Part shown: positions 19,169-30,976 of the stretch, one piece after another | Numbering within the stretch: the first letter of the stretch is position 1 | How the letters are laid out: the number at the start of each line of letters is the position of its first letter | DNA from: Polyangiaceae bacterium | GTDB lineage: Bacteria > Myxococcota_A > Polyangia > Polyangiales > Polyangiaceae | Direction: 5' to 3' | Length of the DNA: 64,000 bases | Assembly (NCBI GenBank): GCA_050287085.1 | Contig: JBNKBE010000008.1 | Coordinates: forward strand, 183,798 to 247,797 | Notes under the pieces: generated by a model | Databases searched by the model: none | What the model saw: the letters and a program-made list of their open reading frames with translations, nothing else | What the model was told of the DNA's origin: nothing | Made by a program: the position numbers and the translations under genes

Positions 19169-20239
19169 TCAGCCGTCTGGTGCACGCGGATCGCGCTCGG
19201 GGCGAGCGCCGAGTCGCAGTCGTCGCAGGACAGCTTCGCGTTGGCGCTCCTTGTAGGCCTGGTGGTTGGCGGCTCCCGTTTCGTTGGCGGCTTCGGTGTC
19301 GGCGTCGAGCAGCTGAACCTCACACAACATGTAGACCACCTTCCCCAGGGGGGCGGAGCCGGGTGGGGCAAGCTCCATCAAGTGTCGAGGTACTCGGACC
19401 GGCACGTCGGTGATGAACTGAATCGTGCGATACTCGGCCGCACTGAAACGGTTGTCACCGCCGGGGGGCTGCTCGTCGGGGCGCCCCTGAAACTGCTCCA
19501 TGAGCTGGCTCAGATGGGGATCTTCGCGACAGGTGCGGTCAAAGTTGAAAATCGTGTTGGTGCTTTGACCGGGCACAACGTAGTTGAACGGAAAAACGCG
19601 CTCCGAGAGATAAAGCAACACCGGCATGATGTCGCTCTGACGTTCGGTCACGATTCGAAAACGCAGCTTGTCGTAGATCGCCCCGGCGGTCGACTCGGGT
19701 TTGCTGAGCAACTTGGTGTACGTGGAATCGAGATTCTTGCGGCCGCCAAGAAACTCGCTGATACCAAGCCCCGCCGACAGCATCTCACCGACGACCCGAT
19801 ACACCTTCTCTTCCACCAAGTGGAAGAGATCTCGGTCGGCAACCGGCAGGCGAAACAGCAACTCACGTCCCGCCATGTGGTGGATGATCTGCATCACCTT
19901 GAGAATGGAGCACGCGCACTGTTGGCGGTGACCGTCACCGCGCGAGGCGAGCAACGCCAGCTCCACGAAGCTCGTCTGCTCCACCGGTTTCGGAATGGAC
20001 GAATTGAAGTTGCGACGCAGGTAGTCAACGGCTTGCCGTTGTACGTGCGCCAAGTACTCACAATCCGCGGGCTGAGCGAGATCGAAGTCGTGGTTGGCGA
20101 GGAAGCGCTCAACGTCCGACGCGGAGCCGAAGTTAAGACGGTGCCAATCGATCGTCGAGCCGCCGCGGAGTATCAGGCGGACCGTCTCGAGATCGTGGAG
20201 CGAGAAGTCAGCAAGCGCTTTGAGCTGCGCGGAGGCCAC
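19169..20239 (-). CDS. TIGR04552-like conserved myxobacterial protein with RelA/SpoT-type nucleotidyltransferase motifs
   Basis: 'LRGGSTIDWHRL' N-terminus recalled from the TIGR04552 family; 'GRKNLDSTYTKLL', 'IYDKLRFRIV', 'YRTIQF', 'CEVQL', 'NHQAYK'. Confidence 0.7.
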   Translation of the reverse strand: MASAQLKALADFSLHDLETVRLILRGGSTIDWHRLNFGSASDVERFLANHDFDLAQPADCEYLAHVQRQAVDYLRRNFNSSIPKPVEQTSFVELALLASRGDGHRQQCACSILKVMQIIHHMAGRELLFRLPVADRDLFHLVEEKVYRVVGEMLSAGLGISEFLGGRKNLDSTYTKLLSKPESTAGAIYDKLRFRIVTERQSDIMPVLLYLSERVFPFNYVVPGQSTNTIFNFDRTCREDPHLSQLMEQFQGRPDEQPPGGDNRFSAAEYRTIQFITDVPVRVPRHLMELAPPGSAPLGKVVYMLCEVQLLDADTEAANETGAANHQAYKERQREAVLRRLRLGARPERDPRAPDG

Positions 20240-20244
20240 TGAGA

Positions 20245-20418
20245 TCAGCCATGGCCCGTCGTCGTAGCATCGCCCGAACGCGGACTACGCAGCGACAGGG
20301 TTCCGAAGAAGATACCGAAGGTGAGACCCAACACGAGCAACTGCGCCCCGTACTGTTCACGCGCAAGCAGAAGAGAAAGAGGCAGGAGCGCAGCGAGGTA
20401 CCAAGGGTTCAGCTTCAT
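20245..20418 (-). CDS. 57-aa hydrophobic small protein (not in ORF track)
   Basis: MKLNPWYLAALLPLSLLLAREQYGAQLLVLGLTFGIFFGTLSLRSPRSGDATTTGHG*; GGAG 12 nt upstream; stop lies 5 nt before the next start. Confidence 0.6.
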   Translation of the reverse strand: MKLNPWYLAALLPLSLLLAREQYGAQLLVLGLTFGIFFGTLSLRSPRSGDATTTGHG

Positions 20419-20592
20419 ATCGTTATGTGACTCCGGTGCACCGAAACGCGATGTAGGTCATGCTCCCACAACCACTTGTCCGGGGCCAAGTGTTAGCCTC
20501 AGGCGAGAGTCGATTGCAAGTCTCGGACGAAGCGGCACAGGCCTCGCGCGGAACTAACGGCTTGCAGGCCGTTTGCTTGAGTGGGGGTGGGT

Positions 20593-20949
20593 TCAATGAG
20601 ACAGCGTGGCTGGCTTGGTCACGGGCAGAACAACCTCGTTTCCGGTCAGCTCGAAGCGCCGCGTCAACTCGGTGTGCGTGGACTCTATCTCGAGTATGAT
20701 CCGGCACTCAGCCGGGCCAGATTGGGCTGTGATACGGTGGCGTAGGGCGCCGTCCACGGGGGCGTGCCAAGACACGCCACTGCGGTGCTCACCAGGCCAC
20801 GAGCAGTTCAGATGCACAGCATCCGGCTGAACACCCGGCGGCAAGCGCAACACGAGTGTTCGTTCGCTGGGGAGTCGAGAGCGGGCCATGAGCAGCCCTG
20901 CGATCCCGGCCAGCACGAGAAGAAGGCGGCCCCAAGCGGGGAGCCTCAC
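20593..20949 (-). CDS. Hypothetical secreted/membrane-anchored protein
   Basis: N-terminal TM, beta-rich body with two Cys; GTGA overlap with the cytochrome c stop. Confidence 0.65.
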   Translation of the reverse strand: MRLPAWGRLLLVLAGIAGLLMARSRLPSERTLVLRLPPGVQPDAVHLNCSWPGEHRSGVSWHAPVDGALRHRITAQSGPAECRIILEIESTHTELTRRFELTGNEVVLPVTKPATLSH

Positions 20950-21596
20950 TCGACCGCGGCGGCCCCGCCGCGGCTTGGCTTCTGGGCGCCAGTGCCGCCG
21001 CCCCCGGTTCCATTGGTGTCGCTCTTCGCGCTTGCCGTACCTCCCCGGCGCGGGGCAAAGCCGCGCTGCTGGCGACCGAACTCGCCCAGGCGCCGGATCA
21101 GAAGCACCAGCTTCTTGGCGGTTGCCTCGGGCAGGGCAAAAGCGGGCATCTTATTCTTGCCCTGTTGGATCGACGTCAGCAGTTGCTCATCGCTCACCGA
21201 ATCTTGGAATTGGGGATCGGTCAAGTCTCGAGGCTGAAACATCGCAGCTTGGGGGCCATCGCCTTGCCCGAGGCGCCCGTGGCACAACACGCATTTGGTC
21301 TGCCAGGTGGTGAGCGACACTTCGTCGAGCCCGCCCTCCCGCTCTTTTGCGTCGCCGCTCGTCTGCCCTTTTTCGGCCGCAGCGCTTTCCCCGGTGTTGG
21401 TGTGGTCGGATGGCTGCCAGGGTCTGATATCAGCCGGGGTGCTCTGGCACGACCAGACGCAAGCGATGCCGAAGGCACACGCGATGCCACGGACACCAGC
21501 GATGCCACGAATACCAGCGATGCCACGAAACGGAGCGGCGAAGCCGCGAGCGAGCTGGCGTTTCGTTTTTGCGCACGCCGCGTTGAGGCGCGTCAG
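20946..21596 (-). CDS. Monoheme c-type cytochrome, probable lipoprotein (start uncertain)
   Basis: CxxCH 'CVLCHG..GQGDGP' and distal Met 'GKNKMPAF'. The frame is open upstream of the track's GTG (21320) to a TAG at 21615-21617 and encodes a signal-like region ending 'IACVWSC'. Confidence 0.8.
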   Translation of the reverse strand: MTRLNAACAKTKRQLARGFAAPFRGIAGIRGIAGVRGIACAFGIACVWSCQSTPADIRPWQPSDHTNTGESAAAEKGQTSGDAKEREGGLDEVSLTTWQTKCVLCHGRLGQGDGPQAAMFQPRDLTDPQFQDSVSDEQLLTSIQQGKNKMPAFALPEATAKKLVLLIRRLGEFGRQQRGFAPRRGGTASAKSDTNGTGGGGTGAQKPSRGGAAAVE

Positions 21597-21746
21597 GGGA
21601 GCGCGCCCCGGAAGCTACGCATGCCCGGGCGGCTGCCGGTTGGAGGCCAGGACTGCCCGCCGGGCGCGGGGCGGAAGTGTAGGCAAGAGGACCCATGGAT
21701 AGCGCCCAATACCATGGGTTTGGCTGCTAGGCTACCGCGGGCGTGG

Positions 21747-22493
21747 CTACTTGAACTCGGTTCCGCCCCCGAGCGGATCCTTCCCCAAATAGCGAAGCCC
21801 CTTGACGGTCGCGATGCGGAATTCCGTCCTTCGGTTCTGCGCCTTCCCCGCCTCGGTGGCATTGTCCGCAATGGGCTTGGTGTCTCCAAACCCAACCGCC
21901 AATACGCGCGTATCGGCGATGCCCTGGGAGACGAGGTAGTTCTTGACCGTGAGCGCTCGCTGCCCCGACAACTCGAGGTTGGCGCTGGGATCGCCTGTGT
22001 TGTCGGTGTGTCCTTCCACGCGAATCTGCGTGACGGCGGGGTTGTCGACCAGGAAGGACTTGAGCTGCTCGAGAATCGCCTCATTCTGAGCACCGGCCGC
22101 CAGGGTGGTCGCTCCACTATCGAATACGAGGTTTCCGGGCAGGATGAGTTTGCCGCCTTTGCGTTCCACAGGGGGGAGCTCGGGCGCGGCGGGTGTGGGC
22201 TCATCCGCGGAGGTGGCCTCGGACGCGCCGGTGGGGGCGCTAGAAGCTTCGGCGGGGGGCTGAGAGGGCGCCGCTGAGGTCTCGGGTGCGGCGGTGGTAG
22301 CGCTCGCCGCCGTCTTGCTCGGGGTGGGGGTCTCCGGTGCGTTGCTGTCGAAGCCTGCGTGCACTTTCACGCTACAGGCGGCAACGGCGATCGAAAAGAC
22401 GCAGGCGCCGCCAACGAGGAGGAGGTCTGTTCGCGTTGACCGCTGGCGGGTGGGCAATGTTGGGGCTTGAGGTGGCTGCTTGGATTGGTTCAT
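21747..22493 (-). CDS. OmpA-family peptidoglycan-binding lipoprotein
   Basis: 'IRVEGHTDN', 'NLELSGQRA', 'GFGDTKPIADN', 'NRRTEF'; lipobox 'VAAC'; AGGAG RBS before ATG 22493. Confidence 0.92.
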   Translation of the reverse strand: MNQSKQPPQAPTLPTRQRSTRTDLLLVGGACVFSIAVAACSVKVHAGFDSNAPETPTPSKTAASATTAAPETSAAPSQPPAEASSAPTGASEATSADEPTPAAPELPPVERKGGKLILPGNLVFDSGATTLAAGAQNEAILEQLKSFLVDNPAVTQIRVEGHTDNTGDPSANLELSGQRALTVKNYLVSQGIADTRVLAVGFGDTKPIADNATEAGKAQNRRTEFRIATVKGLRYLGKDPLGGGTEFK

Positions 22494-22750
22494 TCGCGTC
22501 TCCTTCACCCGCGCGAGCGAGCGCTGTCGAGGTTTCCGTCCGTACCCGGAGCTCCCGGTGATACGCGTGGTATCGCGAGTGGGTGTGCTGGGCAACTGAC
22601 GGTGTTCGTTTGCAACGCGCCGACGAGGGCTGGCCCTCGGCTGAAAAGCCGAACCAGTCGCCCCGACCCGGGCCCTAGGCGACGCGTCCCGGCGCGTCGT
22701 TCGGAGCGGCGGCCCTTGGCCTTTGCGAGCCGAGGGGCTATCGCTCGACG

Positions 22751-26305
<3,555 letters not shown>

Positions 26306-26417
26306 GCACTCGCCGTGTGGGCGGCTGATGTCGTCGGGTTGCAGGCTGGTGGATGACGCGCCTTTGTGTAAGACAAAGCACCGAAAACGCGGCAAGCTGA
26401 GGGCCTGAGGACACGGA

Positions 26418-27686
26418 ATGAAGGATAGCCGGGACGAACTAGTCCGGATCGACGAGCGCGGCGAAGCGCATCCGATTGGCTCGCTGGCGAGCAGTCGTAT
26501 GCGGCGGCGGGCCGGTGCGTACAGACTCCTACCGGCGCCGCGCCACGTAGTATTGATGCGCTACACCGGCGAGGACGGCCGTCGCGACGCGGAGGACGGG
26601 GCCGTCGTGCGTCTGGGCGGGGAGATCGTTCGGGCGGGGGCGATGTGTGAGATCTTCGGGCTCTTGGCCCACGCCGGCTGGCGCGGTGAACTGGTGGTCT
26701 TTGATTCCCAGCACGAGCGCTCATTGTACTTCGACCACGGACAGGTGGTCGGTGCCAAGACCACGGCCCCAGACGAGAGACTGGGAGAGATCTTGTACCG
26801 CTTCGGCGCCATCGATCGCGATCAGCACGCGCTGCTCGCTCGCGAGTGCAGTGCCTTGTCGGGCTCCGCGGAACGCGTGGGCGAAATCGCGGTGCGCCTT
26901 GGACTCGTCTCTCAAGATGACGTTTACCGCTGCTTGCGTCACCAGGTAGAGGAGATCTTCTACGCCACGCTGCAAGCGGAAGACGGAACCTACTTCTTCC
27001 TGGACGGTTTCGATCCGGTTCATGCCAGCGCGGCCCAGGCGCTCAGCGCCAGTTCACTGTTGATGAGCGGGGTGACGCGTTTGGACGAGATCCGGTACTT
27101 TCGCGAGAAGATACCGTCTTCGGACTATGTTCCCCAGCGCGTCGCTGGTGTATCGACGGCACCCGGCGAGGACTTCTCGGGGACCTTTGAGGTCATCAAT
27201 GGTCGGCGTTCGATCGCGGAACTCGGACGCGAAACAGGCCTCGGGGAGTTTGCCACCACGCGAGACGTTTTTGCGTTGCTGCGCTCTGGCCATGTTTCGC
27301 TGCGTCCCCCGAGCCTGGAGGGCGGGCTGTCGGCGATTGTGTCGCGAGTGAACCATTCGCTCCGCATGATCTACGAGGTCGTGGACTCCGGAGAGCGCTT
27401 GCCACAGCTCGAGCGCAGCTTGGGGGAGTTCACGGCTGGCGCGGGGTTGTACGAGGTCTTGTTCCAAGGGGCTGGGCCTGACGCCCGCGGACAGCTACAA
27501 GTCGAAACGGTGGCCGCCAATGCCGCCCGACTGAGCGAAGGGGATCCGGAGCGGCTCTTGCGGCAGCTGCTCTACGACTATCTCAACTTCGCTCTCTTCA
27601 GTTCCGGACAGCTGCTAGACAGTGGCCAACGCACTCAAGTGGCCCGCGAAGTACGCCCGACGCTCACTCAGCTGCAGGTGGTGTAG
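26418..27686 (+). CDS. DUF4388 domain-containing protein
   Basis: 'RGELVV...RSLYFDHGQVVGA...ERLGEILYR' and 'GTYFF...LLMSGVTRLDE' pattern of the PatA_N/DUF4388 family. Confidence 0.8.
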   Translation: MKDSRDELVRIDERGEAHPIGSLASSRMRRRAGAYRLLPAPRHVVLMRYTGEDGRRDAEDGAVVRLGGEIVRAGAMCEIFGLLAHAGWRGELVVFDSQHERSLYFDHGQVVGAKTTAPDERLGEILYRFGAIDRDQHALLARECSALSGSAERVGEIAVRLGLVSQDDVYRCLRHQVEEIFYATLQAEDGTYFFLDGFDPVHASAAQALSASSLLMSGVTRLDEIRYFREKIPSSDYVPQRVAGVSTAPGEDFSGTFEVINGRRSIAELGRETGLGEFATTRDVFALLRSGHVSLRPPSLEGGLSAIVSRVNHSLRMIYEVVDSGERLPQLERSLGEFTAGAGLYEVLFQGAGPDARGQLQVETVAANAARLSEGDPERLLRQLLYDYLNFALFSSGQLLDSGQRTQVAREVRPTLTQLQVV

Positions 27687-27815
27687 AGCGTAGAACAGAG
27701 TACCCAGCGCAAGACCCTGCGTCCGGGGCTGAGCTTCGGTTGGGCGTGCGTTCAACGAAAATGGGTCCTTGAGGCAAGGGCAGCTGCTCGCCGTCCGGCA
27801 ACTGCGTCAAAATCG

Positions 27816-27844
27816 TTGTCGAAGCACTCGCCTTTGGTTAGAAG
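27816..27844 (+). promoter_or_regulatory. Putative sigma70-type promoter of tRNA-Lys
   Basis: TTGTCG-N17-TAGAAG ending 10 nt before the tRNA. Confidence 0.35.
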
Positions 27845-27854
27845 CACGGACTCC

Positions 27855-27930
27855 GGGTCGATAGCTCAGTCGGTAGAGCTGTGGATTTTTAATCCATAGG
27901 TCCAGGGTTCAAATCCCTGTCGACCCACCA
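27855..27930 (+). tRNA. tRNA-Lys (anticodon TTT)
   Basis: 76-nt cloverleaf: acceptor GGGTCGA/TCGACCC, D-arm GCTC/GAGC, anticodon arm GTGGA-TTTTTAA-TCCAT, T-loop TTCAAAT, encoded CCA. Confidence 0.97.
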
Positions 27931-27946
27931 AGCATTACCAGTGCTT

Positions 27947-27973
27947 AGGAGGCCTTTGGCCTCCTTTTTCTTT
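27947..27973 (+). terminator. Intrinsic terminator after tRNA-Lys
   Basis: AGGAGGCC-TTT-GGCCTCCT hairpin followed by TTTTCTTT. Confidence 0.85.
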
Positions 27974-28049
27974 GGGGCTCTGGAGCGTCGCATCCGGGCC
28001 GGCGGCGCGCTCCACAGCGGGGGACAGATGGCTTCCCGGTTCGCGGGCC

Positions 28050-29075
28050 CTACGCGCGCAGGCTGGAGCGTACCGCGCTCTGGGGTTCGTCGGTGCGTTC
28101 TTCAGTACTGCCCAGGCCGCGCAAGGCGTCGGCAAGCGGCGTTGTCGTGGGCGGACGTTCACTGGGTTTCGGGCTCATGGCGCGCGACACCACATCGTTG
28201 AGGGCATCCGTGCAGTAAGGGAACAGCGTCTTGAGGGGCGGATAGCGCCGCTCCACGATCGACCGCTTGAGTTCCAGGAGGGACGTTTGCTTGGCAAAAG
28301 GGTTGATGCCGGTCAGGCACTCGTAGGTGAGTACCGCGAGGGAGAAGATGTCGGCGGCCGCGGTGGGGCTCAGTCCGGACAGGGTTTCCGGGGCCATGTA
28401 GGCGGGCGTGCCGGCGTGATCCTCCCGCGTTGGATCTAAGTCGTCGTCCACCTCCGACAGGGAGCAGACTCCGAAGTCGAGAACCTTGGGGACAAACGCC
28501 CCCTGATTGTCCCGCGCCTGGAGGAGCACATTGCTCGGTTTCAGGTCCAGATGAAGCACGCCGCGGGAGTGCGCGTGGTCGACGGCATCCATGACCGGGA
28601 GCATCACGTCGAGCGCCTCTTGATGCAGAAGTCGGCGCTTGCGCTTGAGCCGCGCCACCAGTGACTCCCCCTCGAGAAGCTCGAGCACGAGATAAGTGGC
28701 CTGCTCCGTCATGCCGGCGTCGTAGATGCGGACGATGTTGGGGTGGTCCATACTGGCGAGGGCTTCGGCCTCGCGCAGAAAACGCAATCCGGCGTTCATA
28801 TCGACACTGTCGGTCGGTTGTAGCAGCACCTTGAGCGCGACACGTCGACCAAGCAGGGTGTCTTTGGCGGCGAAGACCGCGGCCATGCCACCCTGTCCGA
28901 CGCTGTCTTCCAGGCTGAAACGCCCGACCATCGTTCCGCGGCCCAGGCACAATGGGGCGGCGACCGCTTCCGCTACCGGCAAGCTGGAGCCTGGTAGCGC
29001 GTGCAGCGCACCGGGTGCTTTTGAGATTCCCACCGAGCGTCGCGTGAAGTCTTGCATGATCGCTGCTCGGAGCAC
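28050..29075 (-). CDS. Hanks-type Ser/Thr protein kinase (cytoplasmic)
   Basis: 'GQGGMAAV', 'VALK', 'HLDLKPSN' (non-RD), 'DFG', 'GTPAYMAPE'; start uncertain. Confidence 0.93.
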   Translation of the reverse strand: MLRAAIMQDFTRRSVGISKAPGALHALPGSSLPVAEAVAAPLCLGRGTMVGRFSLEDSVGQGGMAAVFAAKDTLLGRRVALKVLLQPTDSVDMNAGLRFLREAEALASMDHPNIVRIYDAGMTEQATYLVLELLEGESLVARLKRKRRLLHQEALDVMLPVMDAVDHAHSRGVLHLDLKPSNVLLQARDNQGAFVPKVLDFGVCSLSEVDDDLDPTREDHAGTPAYMAPETLSGLSPTAAADIFSLAVLTYECLTGINPFAKQTSLLELKRSIVERRYPPLKTLFPYCTDALNDVVSRAMSPKPSERPPTTTPLADALRGLGSTEERTDEPQSAVRSSLRA

Positions 29076-29217
29076 CGGAACGGCAGCACGCTACAATCCT
29101 TGAGACCCAGCGGGGGTGCGGCCGCCGGCAGAAATATTCCGGTTGCATGCAATCTGCGTCGGGCGCTTCGAGGGGGGATGTCGGCTGGACGCCCATATGG
29201 TAGCGTCGCCGCCACGC

Positions 29218-30378
29218 ATGTCACCGAAACCCCTCCTGTTCCCGCTGTCGATCGCCGTTCTATCGGCCATCTCCTCCTCCGCCTGCAAGAATGACGAGGT
29301 CTACCCGGGCTCGGGTCGCGACGCGCAGGTGATCGATGTCGTGGATGACAGCGACACGGGCGCGGGCGGAAGCGGAGGTGACATGGGGACCGGCGGACAA
29401 GGCATGGGTCCGGCGGCGCCGGCCGCGGTAGAGCTTGGGAAGTCGTGTCTCGGAGACTCCGATTGCGCTGAGGGCTTGACCTGTATCACCACGGACAGCT
29501 CCGATTTTCTGGGGGGAGGGCCGGCGGGGGGCTACTGCTCGCTGAAGTGTGATACGCCGACCGATTGCGAGGCTTTCGACAGAAGTGGACGCTGTTTGGA
29601 GTTCGATGCGGGCCTGCGCTACTGCCTGCAAGGCTGTGAAGCTGGTGCGACGCTGCTCACGAAGTGCCAGGGGCGGCTCGACATATCCTGTCAGGACAGC
29701 GACGGCGGGGGTTTCTGTCGTCCCACCTGCCGCGGGGACGAAGACTGCGACGGCCGTCGCTGCGAGCTCGGAACGGGCCTGTGCGTGGACGAACTCTCCG
29801 ACGGCGGCGAGATTGGCGCTGAATGCGATCCGGATGATCCTACCACCTGCAGCAGCGGGTTGTGCATAGCGTTTGCCGACGGCTATTTCGCCTGCAGCGG
29901 CTTGTGCCAACTGGGTGACTTGACGGCGGGTTGTGGCCGAAGCGCCGCGCCGATGAGTCCCAGCGCTCCGGCTTGCGTGCTCGCTCCTGAGACCGCGGCT
30001 CTAGGCGATCTGGCGCGCTGCAATCAGGGCTGCGACTGCCAAGACGACTGTCTGCACCCGGACGCCCTATGCTACACCGGTCCGTTTGGTAGTCTCGAGG
30101 ACGGCTCGTCGCTCTTCGGTACCAAGGGCTTGTGTGTTGCACCCAACGAGACCTTCAGCGAGACCGATCAGTTTGCGGGGCCCTGCCGTGGCGGGTCGAA
30201 TGTCGATGGCGGTGACGGCAGTGCCCCCGCGAGTGACGGGGGCTCGGACGCAGCGGCGGCCGGGAGCGGTGGGGGCTCAAACCAAACTGAGGACGCAGCG
30301 GCGGCCGGAAGCGGTGGGGGCTCAAACCAAACTGGGGACGCGGCTGCGGCCGGTGGCGCTGGCGCCTCCGGGCGGTGA
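29218..30378 (+). CDS. Cysteine-rich secreted lipoprotein
   Basis: Lipobox 'SSAC' after ATG 29218; many Cys in repeated CxxDxDC / GGYC modules; Gly-rich tail. Confidence 0.8.
   Translation: MSPKPLLFPLSIAVLSAISSSACKNDEVYPGSGRDAQVIDVVDDSDTGAGGSGGDMGTGGQGMGPAAPAAVELGKSCLGDSDCAEGLTCITTDSSDFLGGGPAGGYCSLKCDTPTDCEAFDRSGRCLEFDAGLRYCLQGCEAGATLLTKCQGRLDISCQDSDGGGFCRPTCRGDEDCDGRRCELGTGLCVDELSDGGEIGAECDPDDPTTCSSGLCIAFADGYFACSGLCQLGDLTAGCGRSAAPMSPSAPACVLAPETAALGDLARCNQGCDCQDDCLHPDALCYTGPFGSLEDGSSLFGTKGLCVAPNETFSETDQFAGPCRGGSNVDGGDGSAPASDGGSDAAAAGSGGGSNQTEDAAAAGSGGGSNQTGDAAAAGGAGASGR
30246..30353. repeat. 45-bp in-frame tandem repeat (DAAAAGSGGGSNQTE/G x2.4)
   Basis: Read directly in the 3' end of the Cys-rich lipoprotein gene. 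Confidence 0.9.
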
Positions 30379-30439
30379 AGCCTGATGCCAAGGAGCGGGG
30401 TGTACGCCTCGCTCCCATGCTCTAGACCGCTGTCGTTGG

Positions 30440-30925
30440 CTAGGGGCGGAGGCGCGCGGGCCGTGGCTCCGACTGTTCAGCCTTTTCCGCCGAGGTGGCG
30501 TTGGGGTCCGCTTCGACCTCGACGACCACACGCTCGTCGCGACGGGCTCGGGTTGGATTGAGCTCGACTCGCGCCAAGAGCTGGCGGCGCAGGAGACTCG
30601 CTAAGGGTCGGCGGGTTGGGGGGAGAAGCAAAACGAAGCCGAGCACGTCGGTGATGACCCCCGGCGTTAGCAGGAATGCACCTCCGACCACGATGAGCAG
30701 CCCTTCGATCAGACCGAGCTCTGGAGGGCTGAACGTTTCCAGAGCCCTGCGATAGGCAGCAAGGGCCCGGCGCCCTTCTCGCTTGAGGAGCCAAGCGCCC
30801 GCCAGCCCGGTGAGAACGGTGAGCAGAACCGTAGGCCAGATGCCGACCTTGCGGCTCAGCCACACCAACAAGAATACCTCGGCGAGGGGGATGGCGATAA
30901 ACGGGGCGAAGAGGAGTCGGAACAT
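30440..30925 (-). CDS. fxsA: FxsA family membrane protein
   Basis: 'PLAEVFLL', 'GAWLLKREG', 'GGAFLLTPGVITDVLGFVLLLP'; ATG 30925. Confidence 0.9.
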   Translation of the reverse strand: MFRLLFAPFIAIPLAEVFLLVWLSRKVGIWPTVLLTVLTGLAGAWLLKREGRRALAAYRRALETFSPPELGLIEGLLIVVGGAFLLTPGVITDVLGFVLLLPPTRRPLASLLRRQLLARVELNPTRARRDERVVVEVEADPNATSAEKAEQSEPRPARLRP

Positions 30926-30976
30926 AAACAGGACCTGGAGCGCAAGGCATCGCTTTGAGGTATGCTGCAAGCTTCG

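Noticed and set aside
27855..28050. tRNA-Lys as integration site of a genomic island
   Set aside because: No integrase, no duplicated tRNA 3' end seen, and no GC shift; the tRNA is followed by its own terminator.
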